Assembly: GCA_963764725.1 (NCBI GenBank)
Contig: CAVXTM010000012.1
Span: 1-64,000, forward strand
DNA length: 64,000 nucleotides
Source of the DNA: an uncultured Gammaproteobacteria bacterium
GTDB taxonomy: Bacteria > Pseudomonadota > Gammaproteobacteria > JACCXJ01
Direction: 5' to 3'
A program made the position numbers and the translations under genes. Of this stretch, positions 60,159 to 64,000 are shown one piece after another (the stretch's first letter is position 1; every line of letters starts with the position of its first letter). The notes below the pieces were generated by a model. The model saw only the letters and a program-made list of their open reading frames with translations, was not told the origin of the DNA and did no database searches.

Positions 60159-61511
60159 ATGCGCCACGCTGTCACTCTCCCTCTGCTCGCCAGCTTTTCG
60201 ATGCTGGGTTTCGCCGCCTGCGGAGAACGCGCGACATTGCCGGTGCAGGCGGGTATCGGTCGGCAGCCGACGTTGCCGCCGCCGAATCCCACGCTAATCC
60301 CCACCGTCAACATCGCTCCAGCGAAGGGCTGGCCCGCCGGTACAACCCCGATCGCCGCCGCCGGCCTGGCCGTGAGCGCTTTCGCAACCGGCCTGGATCA
60401 CCCGCGCTGGCTCTATGTGCTTCCCAACGGCGATGTACTCGTCGCCGAAACCAACGCCCCACCGAAGCCCGAGGACGGCAATGGCATCCGGGGCTGGGTC
60501 ATGACGCGGGTCATGAAGCGCGCGGGTGCGGGCGTTCCAAGCGCTAACCGCATCAGGTTGCTGCGCGACGCCGACGGGGACGGCATGGCGGAAACGCGAA
60601 GCGTCTTTCTGCAAGGGTTGAATTCGCCCTTCGGTATGACGCTCGTCGGCAGCGACCTCTATGTCGCAAACACCGATGCGATCGTGCGCTTCCCGTATCG
60701 CGACGGCGAAACGCAGATCACCGCGCCTGGAGTAAAGATCGTCGATCTTCCCGCAGGCCCGCTCAACCATCACTGGACCAAGAATGTCATCGCAAGCCGC
60801 GATGGTTCACGCCTTTATGCGACGGTCGGCTCGAACAGCAATGTGGGCGAGAACGGGTTGGAAAAGGAGGTCAACCGCGCCGCAATTCTCGAAGTCGATC
60901 CTGCCACAGGCCGCTCGCGGGTCTTTGCCTCGGGCTTGCGCAACCCGAACGGTCTGGCTTGGCAGCCCCGGAGTGGGGCGCTCTGGACCACGGTCAACGA
61001 ACGTGATGAGATCGGCAGTGACCTCGTCCCCGACTACATGACGTCGGTGAAGGACGGCGGCTTCTACGGGTGGCCCTACAGCTACTACGGCCGGCATGTC
61101 GACGAGCGGGTGAAGCCGCCACGGCCGGATCTGGTCGCGAATGCGATTGCTCCCGACTACGCCCTCGGCCCGCACACCGCGTGCCTCGGGCTTGCCTTCT
61201 ACGAGGGAACCCTCTTGCCCGCGCGGTATGCGGGCGGGGCGTTCGTCGGTCAGCACGGCTCATGGAACCGCAAGCCGCGGAGCGGTTATAAGGTGATTTT
61301 TGTGCCGTTCGTCGATGGTTGACCAGCCGGCACACCCGAGGATGTGCTGACCGGCTTTGTCAATGCGGACGGCGACGCGTTGGGTCGTCCGGTTGGCGTG
61401 GCGGTCGACCGAGCGAGCGCGCTGCTGGTCGCCGACGACGTTGGCAACATCGTATGGAGGGTGACGCCCGCCGCGGAAAAAGGCAGTCGTCCAAAGACGC
61501 CCGGGTGCTAA
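60159..61511 (+). pseudogene. Sorbosone dehydrogenase-family lipoprotein with a premature TGA
   Basis: [32 protein letters not shown] and GQHGSWNR; TGA at 61320, then the same frame continues ([19 protein letters not shown]) to TAA at 61509-61511. Confidence 0.88.
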
Positions 61512-63100
61512 CGAGGCGGCCGATCCTTTTTTATCTCATTACCGAGCCTTTCTACGGCTTTTGCCGCCAGGCGCGCACCGGCATCGAGGAGGATACGGCC
61601 GGCCCTCCAGGACTGCTGGCGCAGGCGGTTCCAATGATCCTCCCGCTTGAGCTCCCGCAGGCAGCGAAGGTATTTCACCCGTTGCGCCTGATCGAGCTTC
61701 GCCAGGATCGCCGGGATCACCCCTTCTTCGATATTGTACATCTGTCGAAGCTGTAGGTTGACCGCGATCACATCGCCCACATCGATCCGCAGGTCCTCCG
61801 CCGTTGCCTCCATGGCCGCTCGGATCGCCTGCTCCTTGGGCCGCTTGGGTTGGGCGATATTGTAGGGCGGGTCCCATTCACGCAGGGGACGGAGCTGATC
61901 GACATGAGTCAGGACGACCAGGAGTGGGGGCGCGATCAGGTCGGTACGGCGCTGAAACAGGGCATTGATATTATCAAGTAGCTGCCGGTCCGCCTGCCGC
62001 GCGGCGTTGGTGGCCGAGCACACGAGTAGGATCAGGTCGCTGCGCAAGAGCTCGGCTTCTGCTTCATCGAGTCCCTGATCTGCCGTCGGCCCTGCATAAC
62101 CCGCGTTATCGAGGACGATCATCCTTCCGGCTTCATCCCGTTCCAATACGTAGGGGGTGATCCCGGAGGTCAGCGGTAGCACATCGGTCATGGCCCGAAG
62201 CTCGCCGAAGAGGGCATTAATGAGACTGGATTTACCGGCTTTGACCTGGCCCAGCACGAGCAGCCGCAAGGGTTCCTCAGCAGGCAGCGCCCGGCGCTCA
62301 AGATCTGTGCGGGAGTATCTCGTTATATATTCAGAAGTATTCCGATCGCTCAAGGTCAAGGCCCCACTGTAGAGCTCGATCGCGTAGTAGGCGACCTGCT
62401 TTACATAGCTCTGCAATAACCACATCTTGATCTCATCGGCGGGGTATCTCAGGGCCTGGTGCGCGCTCAGGTCGCGGAGCTCGCGCAACACCGCCCCCAC
62501 GGGATTGATGGCCAGGGCACCCAGCCGGTATACGTCGTAGCACTTGCCCGCGAAGCTCGCTAGACTGTGCCCCCGCATGAGATCGTGAATGGTCAGCATA
62601 TGACTGAAGGGGATGTTATCAAGGAGTGTTCTCAGATCCTTGCTGACCAGCTCGATGATCATGAGTAAATAGGGGATCGCGATCTCGAGCGGTGCGTTTT
62701 TCGATTCCGGGTGATAATGCCGCGCGACGGTCGTGATCGTCTCTCGGCCCAGCTCGACGAGTCTGGCGGGGTCGTCGAGCGGGTAGTTCGCGAGCGTGAG
62801 CTTCTCCGTGATTGCGGTGGCCTTATCCCAGGCGGCGCGGCTGCGGTCCGGCCAGTGGGAGTCCGGCTGCACCTCGGGTTTGTCCGTGAGCGCAATCGTG
62901 TGCTTGCGGTTCAGCCCCACAAGCGTCAGCCAGGCGGCTACACCCAGGCACGCCAGTACCAGCAACCACTCCAGGATGAGCCCCTGTTGCCATAACCACA
63001 CGAGTCCCAGCGGCAGCAGAGTGACGGTAGGCAGCACGATCACCGCAATGGCCACGAGCCAGCGGAGCGAGAACTTCACCGATGATGTCCGGGTGGTCAT
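61508..63100 (-). CDS. Membrane-anchored Era-like GTPase family protein
   Basis: Two N-terminal TM helices; G1 [10 protein letters not shown]3 DNAG and G4-like THVD. Confidence 0.82.
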   Translation of the reverse strand: MTTRTSSVKFSLRWLVAIAVIVLPTVTLLPLGLVWLWQQGLILEWLLVLACLGVAAWLTLVGLNRKHTIALTDKPEVQPDSHWPDRSRAAWDKATAITEKLTLANYPLDDPARLVELGRETITTVARHYHPESKNAPLEIAIPYLLMIIELVSKDLRTLLDNIPFSHMLTIHDLMRGHSLASFAGKCYDVYRLGALAINPVGAVLRELRDLSAHQALRYPADEIKMWLLQSYVKQVAYYAIELYSGALTLSDRNTSEYITRYSRTDLERRALPAEEPLRLLVLGQVKAGKSSLINALFGELRAMTDVLPLTSGITPYVLERDEAGRMIVLDNAGYAGPTADQGLDEAEAELLRSDLILLVCSATNAARQADRQLLDNINALFQRRTDLIAPPLLVVLTHVDQLRPLREWDPPYNIAQPKRPKEQAIRAAMEATAEDLRIDVGDVIAVNLQLRQMYNIEEGVIPAILAKLDQAQRVKYLRCLRELKREDHWNRLRQQSWRAGRILLDAGARLAAKAVERLGNEIKKDRPPR

Positions 63101-63119
63101 GACGGTGCAAGGCCCTGAT

Positions 63120-64000
63120 TCAAGACCGTAGCGCCTGCACGTAGCGCGCTAACAATTCCCGCCCTGCCCGCAATTCCTCGGCGTAGATCCGCTCGAACAC
63201 CGCCCTGTCAGGCACGTGTCCCTTCTTTATCGAGCTGAAATACGCGCACAGGGTTTTGCCCAGGGCATAGGTCACGCCGGCGGTGTAGACCGAGGCGACG
63301 GCGGGTCCATACGCCGGGATGAACTTAATCAGCTCCCTGCCGCCCCAGCGCAAGAGATAGCCCAGGCCCAGGGCGCTCACGATCTCTGCGTAACGCTGGT
63401 GCGTGAGCTCCTGATTATAGATAGAGGCAATGGCCTGCAGCATCTTCGCCTGCAGGGACAATACGAACGGGACGCTGACCATGGGGACCGGGATCGCTTC
63501 CAGACCTCCGGCGAGGAAGGCATAGGTGAGGATGTGGGGGTGGGCAGTCCGGGCATAGATGTCGCGGAGCTGTTCCACGTGTTCAGTGCTCTGGAACAGC
63601 GCCCGTAACCCCAAAGGCAGGGCAGCCTCGATCGCCGCCCATAGCGCGTCGAGCCCATAATGGACCGGCGCGTAGCCGTCTTCGGGCAAGGTGAAATCTA
63701 GCGCCACCAAAGCCGCGTCGATACCGGCAAACCACTCCCGCTGCTTACGGAGCGAGCGTGCAAGATCCTTGGGCACGGTCGGCGGCCAAGGAGCACGGGC
63801 ATAGGGATAGGGATCGAGATGTGGCGTAGCACGGTTGGGATAGCCTTCATGCAGAGTGGTCTGAACCACGATCACCGGCCACCCCGGGTGTTCCTTCAAA
63901 ATCGCCCGCAGGGCCCGTAACACCTCTTGTTGCGAGTGATCCATCGCTCTCATCACGACCATCAAGAGATGCGCCTGCTGCCCGAATAAACGCATGTCCT
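63120..64000 (-). CDS. GTPase + DUF697 (YcjF-like) protein, partial at the window edge
   Basis: G-domain tail (VVQTTLHE, DFTLPEDG..YG.DAL) and DUF697 (AIPVP..LQAKML.AIA.IY, ELIKFIP.YG, TYALG). Confidence 0.78.
   Translation of the reverse strand, partial: DMRLFGQQAHLLMVVMRAMDHSQQEVLRALRAILKEHPGWPVIVVQTTLHEGYPNRATPHLDPYPYARAPWPPTVPKDLARSLRKQREWFAGIDAALVALDFTLPEDGYAPVHYGLDALWAAIEAALPLGLRALFQSTEHVEQLRDIYARTAHPHILTYAFLAGGLEAIPVPMVSVPFVLSLQAKMLQAIASIYNQELTHQRYAEIVSALGLGYLLRWGGRELIKFIPAYGPAVASVYTAGVTYALGKTLCAYFSSIKKGHVPDRAVFERIYAEELRAGRELLARYVQALRS

Noticed and set aside
61320-61322. Selenocysteine or alternative genetic code at TGA
   Set aside because: The aligned residue is not Cys, and TGA is used as a normal stop in many other genes here.
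1-64000. CRISPR array, rRNA, tRNA, retron or reverse transcriptase
   Set aside because: No regularly spaced repeats, cloverleafs, rRNA signatures or RT motifs seen by eye.

Overview
A 64 kb GC-rich bacterial chromosomal window. Its core genes (ppsA/ppsR, ubiG-gph, yajQ, tonB-exbBD) look gammaproteobacterial, and a decaying methanol-oxidation island suggests a methylotroph-related lineage (inference). All calls come from reading motifs by eye; no database search was run. Left to right: cstA and a Na/Ca antiporter; a bufferin-type MNIO RiPP cluster (6-Cys precursor, DUF692, DUF2063); a TIR-TM-TPR gene; an ECF sigma/anti-sigma pair with a repeated GTAAGA-N16-CATC promoter motif ahead of a two-domain small laccase and a secreted cupredoxin + His-rich beta-propeller protein (best candidate for an undescribed copper redox system); scattered aryl-polyene-type relics; vapBC; mrr plus a TIR::fabG chimera; housekeeping genes; a broken xoxF2/mxaF-like gene whose ~115 bp upstream element is duplicated in front of an intact TonB receptor, flanked by an MxcQE-like two-component pair; Fur-controlled hemP and tonB-exbBD; a third TIR gene; IS630 and IS4 elements; and a stress region where an NtrC-type activator appears to drive several sigma54 promoters through paired GTAA-N3-TTAC boxes fixed about 90 bp upstream. 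More than a dozen short gene relics (relE, rimO, glgC, rtcB, ahpC, fabG, vapC, csbD and others) indicate strong ongoing gene decay. No rRNA, tRNA or CRISPR array was seen.
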